Positions 38,991 to 51,459 of a DNA stretch of 64,000 bases are shown here, piece after piece. Origin of the DNA: Mobula hypostoma (Eukaryota). How positions within the stretch are numbered: the stretch's first letter is position 1; the number at the start of each line of letters is the position of its first letter. A program made the position numbers and the translations under genes. The notes under the pieces were generated by a model. That model saw only the letters and a program-made list of their open reading frames with translations, searched no databases and was not told the DNA's origin. Location: the NCBI RefSeq assembly GCF_963921235.1, contig NC_086097.1:98148001-98212000 (forward strand), in the 5' to 3' direction.

Positions 38991-41299
38991 ACAGCCCAAA
39001 TCCTCTCCGGTCCCAATGCGACTATTATAGCTATCAAAGGGCTTGAAATCAACACAGACCAGTTCCAGGAAAGCTCATTTAAAGCAGACTACCCAGACAA
39101 CCCGCCGTTTGAACCTGACACCCTGCCCCACAGTACACAGCTTGCTTCAAACTGGAGCATGTGACTGAAGAAAGTTTATCTATATATTTACGCATTTCTC
39201 CCCCTGCCCCACTGTGGATTAGGGCTGACGTGGTGCTTGGACATCCAGTGGGAATCAAAGTTGCTTACAGTGTTTTGTCAGACACTGAGCTCCAAGATGG
39301 TGCACACTGGTCTCGGCAGATGTCCCGCACTGCTCGGTCTGAGAGCAGAATCTGAACCCACAACTCTTGAAACTGAACAGATCTCTTGATTTTGGATGCT
39401 AGAATATAGGGAGAACAACTCAAATGGAAGGCACAGATTTCCCTCAAGAATTCAGAAAAGTCTTCGCGGATATCTTGTCTTGGTTAGGAACGACCACCGT
39501 TTCTTCCTCTACACACTCATGGCTTTGCCTAACCCACTCTTCCAATGGCCACGAGCTCAGCTCTCACCTTTCCCAGCTCTAATTTTGACTTACATACCAA
39601 GCGACAATTGCAGTGTGCCAAAAGGTGTGTGTGAGAAGGGGGGAGGGGGAAAACACAGTGCTCCATAATGTACCAACCAGTCTTTTCACTTGGCACTCGA
39701 CTGCCTGTCAATTGAGAGACTGCAAGCAGAAAATGCTGCAAACACACAGTCCAAAGGAGAAGAGCCTGCATCTGTGGCAAGAGCACTGATAAAAACTTGC
39801 AGTGTGCCTGCAGTATTTTGAGCTACAGCTCTGAAGGGTTTGGGGGGAGTTAATCGACACTCTTACGCTGAAGCAAGGGTGATGGGCATTTCAAAGGGCG
39901 GAGGGAGATTACGTCCCATCTCATTACCAGAGAGCCTCCTCTTTGATCTCATGGGCTAACCTGAACTCGGTGCAATCCTAGACACTCAACTCACAAACTG
40001 AGTCAGCGGTCAAATGGCTGCACGCCTGGGAGCTGGAGTTTTCCCAAAAAGGGAGGGAAGTCACCACTGCAAATTTAGCGACAGACAGACAAGGGCCTGT
40101 GACTAAATACAAGGGAGACATTGTTCCAGATGCTCGCTGCCCAATTGTCTCTGAAGGAAACGGTGCCGCGGTGCACAACGATGCAAAGCTGCAACAGGTC
40201 AGGCGCTAGCCTCTGCCTCCGGTGACTGGGACAGCACACTGAACCTGCCACAGGCCAAGACGGGAACATGATGATGAGACTTTAAATGACCATTCGCATG
40301 AAGATCAGTAACTTGAATTTCAGCAGAAGGGCACCTCGAGAACAATTCAGTTCAGCCAGTCTAGGTCATTCCTCAGCACAGGCGTGGCGTGGAACTTTGA
40401 TCTGCCACCTTCTGGCATTAAGCTAATCATTGGCATTAAATCTGGGCAGTCCTGACTTGCAGGAAAAGGAACTCAACAACTAGTACAATTGCTGGATCTC
40501 TTCACGAGGTACACAGGAAGGAGTGATTTCAAACAGCAGCACCTTTTGTTTGAATGGTAATGTTGGGGCAGGGGATGGAATGGCGGGGTGCTAGCAGGTC
40601 TTCGTGCGGCTCAGAGTCAACGGTGGACACCACTATTTCTCAGGGATGGTAATCATGGAGAGAAAGCTGAAGCCAAACGTGGACAGCTGTTAATCCAGGC
40701 CTCTTCAGGTCGCACTGTCTCTTACAACCAAAAGAGGAAGAGAGAGGGTGTGTTGATGCAGTGTCTGTCTTGTGACAGCAAATCTGACACCGTCGTTTCA
40801 GCCATGAAGGGTTTTGGAGTGCAGATCTCAAACTTCTGGTCCAGCAACAGCAAGGAGTCACCAACCTGAATTCGAAAACAAAAAAAAATATGCAGGTAAC
40901 AATCAGTAATGGATTCTGCAAAGCTTCTGTCCCGCTGACCTCCACAGAAACATAAAGGGGCTACGGGGAGAGCAAAGGATTCAGGCTTGGGGTGATTGAA
41001 GAGTCCAGGGAGAAGGAAATCAGGGTGAGGTGAGCAAGGGTGCAGTGGGGTAGTCAGTGAGGGCTGGGAGGTGACAGGAGCAGGAAGTCGGGGTTAGGAA
41101 GTGTATGAATCAGTAGACATGAGGAGGACAGAATATTGGAGCTCAGACAGGGGGTGGCTTACCAGGAGAGAAATGTGGGTCCGGGAGGGGATGGTCTCGG
41201 AACGGGGTCAGAGGAGAGTAGCAGTTCAGGGGAGGTTGAGAATGAGGGACTGGAGGGGGAGAGGGGTGCAGGGTCTAAAGGAGGGGCTGAGGTGGCAGT

Positions 41300-44052
41300 A
41301 GAGAGGAAATCCGGAGGAGGTGGTAGGGAGGGAATCCGAAGGAGGTTGTAGGGAGGGAAACCGGAGGAGGGGGTTCGGGAGGTTGTAGGGAGGGTATCCG
41401 GAGGAGGGGGTTCGGGAGGCGGTAGGGAGGGTATCCGGAGGAGGGGGTTCGGGAGGAGTAGGGAGGGTATTCCAGAGGAGGGGGTTCGGGAGCCGGTAGG
41501 GAGGGTATCCAGAGGAGGGGGTTCGGGAGCCGGTAGGGAGGGTATCCGGAGGAGGGGGTTCGGTAGGCAGTAGGGAGGGTATCCAAAGGAGGGGGTTTGG
41601 GAGGCAGTAGGGATGGTATCCAGAGGAGGGGGCTCGGGAGCCAGTAGGGAGGGTATCCAGAGGAGGGGATTCAGGAGGCGGTAGGGAGGGTATCCGGAGG
41701 AGGGGGTTCGGGAGGCGGTAGGGAGGGTATCCAGAGGAGGGGGTTTCGGGAGGAGGTAAGGAGGGTATCCGGAGAAGGGGGTTCAGGAGGCGGTAGGGAG
41801 GGTATCCGGAGGGGGTTCGGGAGGCGGTAGGGAGGGTATCCGGAGCAGGAGGAGGTTCGGGAGAAGGTAGGGAGGGTATCCGGAGGAGGAGATTCGGGAG
41901 GAGGTAAGGAGGATATCCAGAGGAGGGGGTTCAGGAGGCAGTAGGCAGGGTATCCAGAGGAGGGGGTTCGACAGGCGGTAGGGAGGGTATCCGGAGGAGG
42001 GGGTTCGGGAGGCGGTAGGGAGGGTATCCGGAGGAGGGGGTTCGGGAGGCGGTAGGGAGGGTATCAGGAGGAGGGGGTTCGGGAGGCGGTAGGGAGGGTA
42101 TTCCAGAGGAGGGGGTTCGGGCGCCGGTAGGGAGGGTATCCAGAGGAGGGGGTTCGGGAGCCGGTAGGGAGGGTATCCAGAGGAGGGGATTCGGTAGGCA
42201 GTAGGGAGGGTATCCAGAGGAGGGGGTTTGGGAGGCAGTAGGGATGGTATCCAGAGGAGGGGGCTCGGGAGCCGGTAGGGAGGGTATCCAGAGGAGGGGG
42301 TTCAGGAGGCGGTAGGGAGGGTATCCGGAGGAGGAGGAGGTTCGGGAGAAGGTAGGGAGGGTATCCGGAGGAGGAGATTCGGGAGGAGGTAAGGAGGATA
42401 TCCAAAGGAGGGGGTTCAGGAGGCAGTAGGCAGGGTATCCAGAGGAGGGGGTTCGACAGGCAGTAGGGAGGGTATCCGGAGGAGGGGGTTCGGGAGGCGG
42501 TAGGGAGGGTATCTGGAGGAGGGGATTTGGGAGGCGGTAGGGAGGGTATCCGGAGGAGGGGATTCGGGAGGCGGTAGGGAGGGTATCCGGAGGAAGGGTT
42601 TCCGGAGGAGTAGGGAGGGTATCCGGAGGAGGGGATTCGGGAGGCGGTAGGGAGGGTATCCGCAGGAGGTTCAGGAGGCGGTAGGGAGGGTATCGGAGGA
42701 GAGGGTTTGGGAGGCGGTAGGGAGGGAATCCAGAGGAGGGGGTTCGGGAGGAGTAGGGAAGGTATCCAGAGGAGGGGGTTCAGAAGCTGGTAGGGAGGGT
42801 ATCCGGAGGAGGGGGTTTGGGAGGAGCAGGGAGGGTATCTGGAGGAAGGGGTTCGGGAGGCGGTAGGGAGGGTATCCTGAGGAGGGTTTTGGGAGGCGGT
42901 AGGGAGGGTATCCGGAGGAGGGAGTTCGGGAGACGGTAGGGAGGGAATCCGGAGGAGGGGGTTCGGGAGGAGTAGGGAGGGTATCCGGAGGAGGGGGTTC
43001 GGGAGGCGGTAGGGAGGGTATCCGGAGGAGGGGGTTTGGGAGGCGGTAGGGAGGGTATCCAGAGGAGGGGATTCGGGAGGCGGTAGGGAGAGTATCCGGA
43101 GGAGGTTCAGGAGGCGGTAGGGAGGGTATCCGGAGGAGGGGGTTTGGGAGGCGGTAGGGAGGGTATCCAGAGGAGGGGGTTTGGGAGGAGCAGGGAGGGT
43201 ATCCGGAGGAGGGGGTTCGGGAGGCGGTAGGGAGGGTATCCTGAGGAGGGGTTTCGGGAGGCGGTAGGGAGGGTATCCTGAGGAGGGGGTTCGGGAGACG
43301 GTAGGGAGGGAATCCAGAGGAGGGGTTTCGGGAGGAGTAGTGAGGGTATCCGGAGGAGGGGGTTCGGGAGGCGGTAGGGAGGGTATCCGAGGAGGGGGTT
43401 CGGGAGGCAGTAGGGAGGGTATCCGGGAGGAGGGGGCTCGGGAGGCAGTAGGGAGGGTATCCGGAGGAGGGGGTTCGGGAGGCGGTAGGGAGGGAATCCA
43501 GAGGAGGGGGTTCGGGAGGAGTAGGGAGGGTATCCGGAGGGTATCCAGAGGAGGGGGTTCGGGAGGCGGTAGGGAGGGTATCCGGAGGAGGGGGTTCGGG
43601 AGGCGGTAGGGAGGGAATCCGGAGGAGGGGGTTCGGGAGGAGTAGGGAGGGTATCCGGAGGAGGGGGTTTGGGAGGCGGTAGGGAGGGTATCCGGAGGAG
43701 GGGGTTCGGGAGGCGGTAGGGAGGGTATCCAGGAGGAGTAGGGAGGGTATCCGGAGGAGGGGGTTCGGGAGGCGGTAGGGAGGGTATCCGGGAGGAGTAG
43801 GGAGGGTATCCGGAGGAGGGGGTTCGGGAGGGTATCCGGGAGGAGTAGGGAGGGTATCCGGAGGAGGGGTTCGGGAGGCGGTAGGGAGGGTATCCGGGAG
43901 GAGTAGGGAGGGTATCCGGAGGAGGGGGTTCGGGAGGCGGTAGGGAGGGTATCCGGAGGAGGGGGTTCGGGAGGGTATCTGGGAGGAGTAGGGAGGGTAT
44001 CCGGTGGAGGGGGTTCGGGAGGCGGTAGGGAGGGTATCCGGAGGGGGTTCGG
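41300..44052. repeat. G-rich minisatellite, ~37-bp unit, roughly 75 copies (intron 1 of the lncRNA)
   Basis: Unit GGAGGCGGTAGGGAGGGTATCCGGAGGAGGGGGTTCG with length variants. Confidence 0.97.
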
Positions 44053-44059
44053 GTCAGGG

Positions 44060-44500
44060 GAGTCGGCTCGGTCACATGACAACTCCACTCCCAGAATGCC
44101 GCGCGCGGCGAACGTGCCGCCGACCCTCACCTGCCGCCCCGGGGCCGCGCTCCCGCCGCCGTCCCGAACGCACTTTCCCGCCCCTCCGCCGTTCGCCATT
44201 CCTCCGCCACGGTCCAGCTTCCCACTCCAGCTGCAGCTTCGCATCTCTTCCCCGCTACCCTTTCGCCGCCATCTTCACCTCTGCTCAACCCGCCCGCCCC
44301 CGGATGGGGCGCACGCCCAGGGCGTCTGCGCGCTGCCACCTTCACTCCCATTGGCTGGTGTCCACATCAATCACTCTGTCTTCAGCCATGCCTTGCGCCC
44401 ATTGGCTGTGACGATTTTCAGACTCTCATTGGACGAGACTGTTGGCAATGCCTTCAGCTGGGGAACCGCGATAACTCCAACCGCCGGCGGCCGCTCGCCC
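44060..44500 (-). promoter_or_regulatory. CpG-island promoter / first exon
   Basis: CpG-dense; CCAAT on - at 44350-44354, 44401-44405 and 44428-44432; GC box 44289-44300; YY1-type AAGATGGCGGCG 44275-44264. Confidence 0.82.
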
Positions 44501-47500
44501 CGACCGGCCTGAGACCCACACCCAAACCCGGGAGCACCCACCCGCTCCTACCGGCCCACACCCACACCCACACCCAAACCCGGGAGCACCCACCCGCTCC
44601 TACCGGCCTGAGGCCCACACCCGGGAGCACCCACCCGCTCCTACTGGCCCGAGGCCCAGACCCGGGAGCACCCACCCGCTCCTACCGGCCTGAGGCCCAC
44701 ACCCACACCCGGGAGCACCCACCCGCTCCTACCGGCCTGAGGCCCACACCCACACCCAAACCCGGGAGCACCCACCCGCTCCTACCGGCCCACACCCACA
44801 CCCAGACCCGGGAGCACCCACCTGCTCCTACCGGCCCACACCCACACCCAAACCCGGGAGCACCCACCCGCTCCTACCGGCCTGAGGCCCAGACCCGGGA
44901 GCACCCACCCGCTCCTACTGGCCTGAGGCCCACACCCACACCCAGACCCGGGAGCACCCACCCGCTCCTACCGGCCTGAGGCCCAGGCCCACACCCACAC
45001 CCAGACCCGGGAGCACCCACCCGCTCCTACCGGCCTGAGGCCCAGGCCCACACCCACACCCAGACCCGGGAGCACCCACCCGCTCCTACCGGCCCACACC
45101 CACACCCAGACCCGGGAGCACCCACCCGCTCCTACCGGCCCACACCCACACCCAGACCCGGGAGCACCCACCCGCTCCTACCGGCCTGAGGCCCACACCC
45201 ACACCCGGGAGCACCCACCTGCTCCTACCGGCCTGAGGCCCACACCCACACCCAAACCCGGGAGCACCCACCCGCTCCTACCGGCCCACACCCACACCCA
45301 GACCCGGGAGCACCCACCTGCTCCTACCGGCCCACACCCACACCCAAACCCGGGAGCACCCACCCGCTCCTACCGGCCTGAGGCCCAGACCCGGGAGCAC
45401 CCACCCGCTCCTACCGGCCTGAGGCCCAGACCCGGGAGCACCCACCCGCTCCTACTGGCCTGAGGCCCACACCCACACCCAGACCCGGGAGCACCCACCC
45501 GCTCCTACCGGCCCACACCCACACCCAGACCCGGGAGCACCCACCCGCTCTTACCGGCCCACACCCACACCCAAACCCGGGAGCACCCACCCGCTCCTAC
45601 CGGCCTGAGGCCCACACGCACACCCAGACCCGGGAGCACCCACCCGCTCCTACCGGCCTGAGGCCGAGGCCCACACCCACACCCAGACCCGGGAGCACCC
45701 ACCTGCTCCTACCGGCCTGAGGCCCACACCCACACGCGGGAGCACCCACCCGCTCCTACCGGCCCACACCCACACCCGGTAGCACCCACCCGCCCCGACC
45801 GGCCCACACCCACACCCGGGAGCACCCACCCGCCCCGACCGGCCTGAGGCCCACACCCACAGCCAAACCCGGGAGCACCCACCCGCTCCTACCGGCCTGA
45901 GGCCCACACCCAGACCCGGGAGCACCCACCCGCTCCTACCGGCCCACACCCACACCCAGACCCGGGAGCACCCACCCGCTCCTACCGGCCTGAGGCCCAC
46001 ACCCAGACCCGGGAGCACCCACACCCAGACCCGGGAGCACCCACCCGCTCCTACCGGCCTGAGGCCCACACGCACACCCAGACCCGGGAGCACCCACCCG
46101 CTCCTACCGGCCTGAGGCCCACACCCACACCCAGACCCGGGAGCACCCACCTGCTCCTACCGGCCTGAGGCCCACACCCACACGCGGGAGCACCCACCCG
46201 CTCCTACCGGCCCACACCCACACCCGGTAGCACCCACCCGCCCCGACCGGCCCACACCCACACCCACACCCGGGAGCACCCACCCGCCCCGACCGGCCTG
46301 AGGCCCACACCCACAGCCAAACCCGGGAGCACCCACCCGCTCCTACCGGCCTGAGGCCCACACCCAGACCGGGGAGCACCCACCCGCTCCTACCGGCCCA
46401 CACCCACACCCACACCCAGACCCGGGAGCACCCACCCGCTCCTACCGGCCTGAGGCCCACACGCACACCCAGACCCGGGAGCACCCACCCGCTCCTACCG
46501 GCCTGAGGCCCACACCCACACCCAGACCCGGGAGCACCCACCTGCTCCTACCGGCCTGAGGCCCACACCCACACGCGGGAGCACCCACCCGCTCCTACCG
46601 GCCCACACCCACACCCGGTAGCACCCACCCGCCCCGACCGGCCCACACCCACACCCGGGAGCACCCACCCGCCCCGACCGGCCTGAGGCCCACACCCACA
46701 GCCAAACCCGGGAGCACCCACCCGCTCCTACCGGCCTGAGGCCCACACCCAGACCCGGGAGCACCCACCCGCTCCTACCGGCCCACACCCACACCCAGAC
46801 CCGGGAGCACCCACCCGCTCCTACCGGCCCACACCCACACCCAAACCCGGGAGCACCCACCCGCTCCTACCGGCCCACACCCACACCCAAACCCGGGAGC
46901 ACCCACCCGCTCCTACCGGCCCACACCCACACCAGACCCGGGAGCACCCACCCGCTCCTACCGGCCTGAGGCCCACACCCAAACCCGGGAGCACCCACCC
47001 GCTCCTACCGGCCTGAGGCCCACACCCAAACCCGGGAGCACCCACCCGCTCCTACCGGCCTGAGGCCCACACCCACACCCAAACCCGGGAGCACCCACCC
47101 GCTCCTACCGGCCTGAGGCCCACACCCACACCCAAACCCGGGAACACCCACCCGCTCCTACCGGCCCACACCCACACCCAAACTCGGGAGCACCCACCCG
47201 CTCCTACCGGCCCACACCCACACCCAAACCCGGGAGCACCCACCCGCTCCTACCGGCCTGAGGCCCACACCCACACCCAAACCCGGGAGCACCCACCCGC
47301 TCCTACCGGCCTGAGGCCCACACCCACACCCAAACCCGGGAGCACCCACCCGCTCCTACCGGCCTGAGGCCCACACCCACACCCACACCCAGACCCGGGA
47401 GCACCCACCTGCTCCTACCGGCCCACACCCACACCCAGACCCGGGAGCACCCACCCGCTCCTACCGGCCTGAGGCCCACACCCAGACCCGGGAGCTCCCG

Positions 47501-47905
47501 CTCCTACCTGCCTGAGGCCCACACCCAGACCCAGGAGCACCTGCTCCTACTGGCCTGAGGCCCACACCCACACCTGGGAGCTCACGCTCCTACCGGTCTG
47601 AGGCCCACACCCACACCCGGGAGCTCCCACCCACTCCTACCCGCCTGAGGCCCACACCCACACCCGGGTGCACCCACCCACTCCTACTGGCCTGAGGCCC
47701 ACACCCAGACCCGGGAGCTCCCACCCACTCCTACCTGCCTGAGGCCCACACCCAGACCCGGGAGCACCCGCTCCTATTGGCCTGAGGCCCACACCCAGAC
47801 CCGGGAGCACCCGCTCCTACCGGCCTGAGGCCCACACCCAGACCCGGGAGCACCCACCCGCTCCTACCGGCCTGAGGCCCACACCCAGACCCGGAGGAGC
47901 CCACC
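44500..47905. repeat. C-rich minisatellite, ~41-59-bp modular unit, roughly 70 copies
   Basis: Unit CCGGGAGCACCCACCCGCTCCTACCGG(CCTGAGG)CCCACA(CCCACA)CCCAGAC. Confidence 0.97.
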
Positions 47906-48149
47906 TGCTCCGCACTGTCCACTTTCCCCCAGACCCAGGAGCCGCTCGTTAGAGGAGAGCATTACCTCAATGCACAGACTGCCGGCTGTACCCTAATGCT
48001 GCCTCACTACCAATGTGGACCTTGTTTCTGATCACGACAGCAAAGCTCTGCTAAACGGTTTATTCCAGTATAAACTTTAACCCAACCGGTGTGAGCCAGG
48101 CTGCAGATTGGTTACCACGGTTATCTTGACAATATCTCTTACCAACCTA

Positions 48150-49170
48150 CCTCCTATAAAATTGCAATTCCTTTTTCTCAGTTCCTTCGCCTCCACCGTA
48201 TCTGTTTCCGGCACGAGGCATCAGACATGTCCTGCTTCAGAGAATAATGTTTCCTTTCCTCCGCTATTGATGCTAACCTCACCTACATCTCCATCCACGG
48301 TCACCCTTTTCCTTAACAGTGATAGACTTCCTCTTGTCCTTACCTTCCAACACATCATTCTCCCCAACTTCTGCCACCTCCAAAAGTATCCTACCAATAA
48401 ATATTTTACCCCTGTCCCTGCTTTCCACAGGGATTCCCTTCGTGATTTCCCTGTCCATTCATCCCTCCACACTTAGCTCTCTCCTGGCACTTACCCCTGC
48501 AAGTGGCCTAAGTCCTTCACCTGCATATCTACCTCCTCCCTCATGTCCATTCAGGGCCACCAACAGTTCTTCCAGGTGAAGTAACACTCCACCTGCTGGG
48601 GTGGTCTATATTGCAGCTTCCTCTGCATTAGTCTGACCTGTCGTAAATTGGGGGACCACTTTATCGAGCACCTCCCACCCCCCAATACGCCAAAAGCAGA
48701 ACCTCCCAGTGGCCAAACATTTTAATTCCAATTCCCATTCCTGTTCCCGTTCTGACATGTCGGTCCATGCCCTCCTTGTGTGCCAAGATGAGGCCATCCT
48801 CACAGTGGAGAAGCAACAGCTTATTTCCCATCTGGTTAGCTCAAACCTTATGGCATGAATATCAATTTCTCCTTCCCCTCCTATTCCCCATTCTGGTCTC
48901 GTACCTTTTCATCTGCCCATCACCACCCCCTGGGTTCCCTCCTCTACCCTTTCTCCTATGGTCCATTCTCCTCTCCAGCCCTTTATCTTTCCCACCCACC
49001 TATCACCTTCCAACTAACCACATTCTCCTCCCGCCACCTTTTTATTCTGGTGTCTTCCCCTTACCCTTCCAGTCCTGAAGAAGGGTCTTGGCCCGAAATG
49101 TCGACTGTTTATTTGTTTCCACAGATGCTGCCTGACCTGCTGAGTTCCTCCAGCATTTTATGTACTTTGC
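48150..49170 (+). mobile_element. Penelope-like element fragment
   Basis: Homologous to 28896-30047; GIY-YIG relic at ~48600-48675; hammerhead-like CTGAAGA..GAAA at 49075-49105. Confidence 0.72.
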
Positions 49171-49689
49171 TCTTCATTTTTCATGTTATCCGTAACCTTT
49201 TCCTATTTATATAACTGTCCAAATGTCTTTCATTGTAATGTGTTTGGCTCAACCACTTTCTCTGGTAGCTCTTTCCAGAAATCTGTCTTCTGAGAAGCAA
49301 AAGTTGCTTCTCAGGTTCTCTGTAAATTTGTCCCCTCTCACCTTAAAGCTACACCCTCCAGTTTTAGATCTCCTAACTTGGGAAAAGGACTGTGAGCATC
49401 CTACACTCTTTGTGATTTTATAAAACCTGTGACCTGCAGGGAAAACACTCCCAGCTATTCATGTAACTCATGCTCTCCAGTCCTGATAACATCGTAGAAC
49501 ATAGCGTGAGTGTCATTGTGAATCTAAACCTAAAAATGGCCTTGCAAATATTTTCTGCACTCTTTTCAGGTTAATGACATGAGCTAAGGACAGGGTGGCC
49601 CTGAGCAAAACCAAAGAGATGATAACATTTTGCTCCTCAATTTATATTCGTTTGTTGTAGGGTGAGAGTGGTGCTGATTGTTCCTACTG

Positions 49690-51300
49690 GTCCTAAACTC
49701 TGCCACTATTGGAAACATCCTCTCCGTGTCCACTCTTTCCAGGCCTTTCAATAATTAGTTTGAATGAGATCCCTCCTCGTTCTTCTAAACTCCTGTGAGT
49801 ACATGTCCAGAGCCACAAATATTCCTTAGAAGGTAACACTCCCATTCTTGGGATCATTCTCACGAACATTCTTTGGACCCTTTCCGATGTCAGCACATCC
49901 TTCCTTAGACGTGAGGACCAAAACTACTCGCAGTACTCCAAATGTAGTCTGCAGCCTCAGCCTTGTTTCCTTCCTTTTATATTCTAGTCCTCTGGAAATG
50001 AATGCTAACTTTGCATTTGCCTCCTTTACTGCCAATTCAACCTGCAGTTTAACTCTAGGGAAGCGTGCACTCTGAATCCCAATTTCTTTTGCACTGCCCC
50101 GTTTAGAAAATAGTCTATGTCTCCATTCCTTTTACCAAGGTGCATGACCAGACGCTGTGTTCTACCTGCCACTTCTTTGACCATTCTTCTAATCTGTCCA
50201 AGTCCTTCTGCTGACTCCCTGCTTCCTCAGCACTACCTACTCCTCCACCTATCTGTATCATCCACAAACTTGGCCACAAAGCCATCACTTATGTCATCCA
50301 GGTCATTGGCATATAACATGAAAAGCAGTGGACCTAATAACGAGCCCCGTGGGACACCACTAGTCACTGAGGGCCAACCAGTAAAGGCCTTCTTCATTCC
50401 TACTCTGTTCTCTGCCAGACTGCCAATCTTCTGTCTATGGGCTGGTGTTTTTCTTGTAATACCATGGGCCCTCGTCAGGGTTAGCAGCCTTATGTGCAGC
50501 ATCTTGTCAAGGGTCTCCTGAATATCCAAGTAAACAACATCCACTGACTCTCCTTTGTCTTATCTTGCTTGTTATTTCTTCAAAGAATTCCAACAGATTT
50601 GTCAGGCAACATTTCCCCTTGAGGAAATCATACTGTCTTTGGCCTATTTTATCTTGTGCCTTTAAGTACCCCAAAACCTTGGACTCCAATGTCTTACCTA
50701 CCACTGCAGTCAGACTCACTGGGCTGTAGATTCCTGCCTTTTTCCTCCCCCCCCCCACCTTCTTAAACGACTGGAGTGACATTTGCGATTCAAGAAACAC
50801 TTCAGAATCTAGTGATACTTGAAAGATCACTACTAATTCCATAATCTTTTCAGCTACACCTTTCAGAACCCTGGTGCAGTCCATTTGGTCCAGGTGACTC
50901 ATCTACCTTCAGACCTTTCAGCTTCCCAAGCACCTTCCCCTTAGGCATAATCACTTCTGCCCCTTCCCTTGGATGTCTGGTATGTTGCTTATGCATTCCA
51001 TTGTGAAGATTGACGCAAAATACTTATTAATTTTTTGTTCCCCATTACTACCTCTTTTCATTTTACAGCAGTCTAATATTCACTTTGCCTCTTTCACTCT
51101 TTATATATCCGAAAAACTTTTGATATCTTCTTTTATATCACTGACTTACTTTCCTTCTTATTTCATCTTTACTCTCCATATTGTTTTTGGCTTGCCTACT
51201 CAATCCTCCAGCTTGCCACTTTTTTTTTTGTTATATTGCATGCCATTCCTTTTGCTTCTGTCTGTTTTTAAAAGCTTCTCAAACCTCTAGCTTCTCACTA
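49690..51300 (-). mobile_element. Old CR1 LINE fragment
   Basis: SPVSLTAVVGK, TSGVPRGSLLGP..KFVDDT and KLAFISRGLEYK motifs. Confidence 0.85.
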
Positions 51301-51459
51301 ATTGTTGCTATGGTTGCCTCATCCTCCTTTGAGAATGCTTCTTTGGGATGTACCAATCTTGTGTCTTCCAAATTATCCCCAGAAACTCCAGCCATTATTA
51401 CATTATCATCTCTTTCAATTAATTATAGCCAGCTCCTCTCTCAAATGTCATAACAATAC

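Larger units (their letters stand above)
35015..44290 (-). ncRNA. OIP5-AS1: Cyrano (OIP5-AS1) lncRNA orthologue; exon 1 ~44290-44131, long exon from 40865 to ~37470 or ~35015
   Basis: Extended miR-7 site AACAACAAAATCACCAATGTCTTCCA (38802-38777), neighbouring TGTATAG and TGTGCAATA, CAG|GTGAGG donor at 44131/44130, polypyrimidine-CAG acceptor at 40866/40865, CpG promoter, AATAAA signals; no long ORF. TSS and 3' end are inferred. Confidence 0.85.

Noticed and set aside
36195..40945. Short ORFs inside the lncRNA exon as protein-coding exons
   Set aside because: All under 140 aa, on both strands, with no recognisable domain or consistent splice structure
42064..44244. 726-aa and 322-aa proline-rich ORFs
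   Set aside because: They are translations of the C-rich strand of the minisatellite and run straight through the splice donor at 44130
44454..47922. Many MGAPG../RVWVWV ORFs
   Set aside because: Artefacts of the tandem repeat
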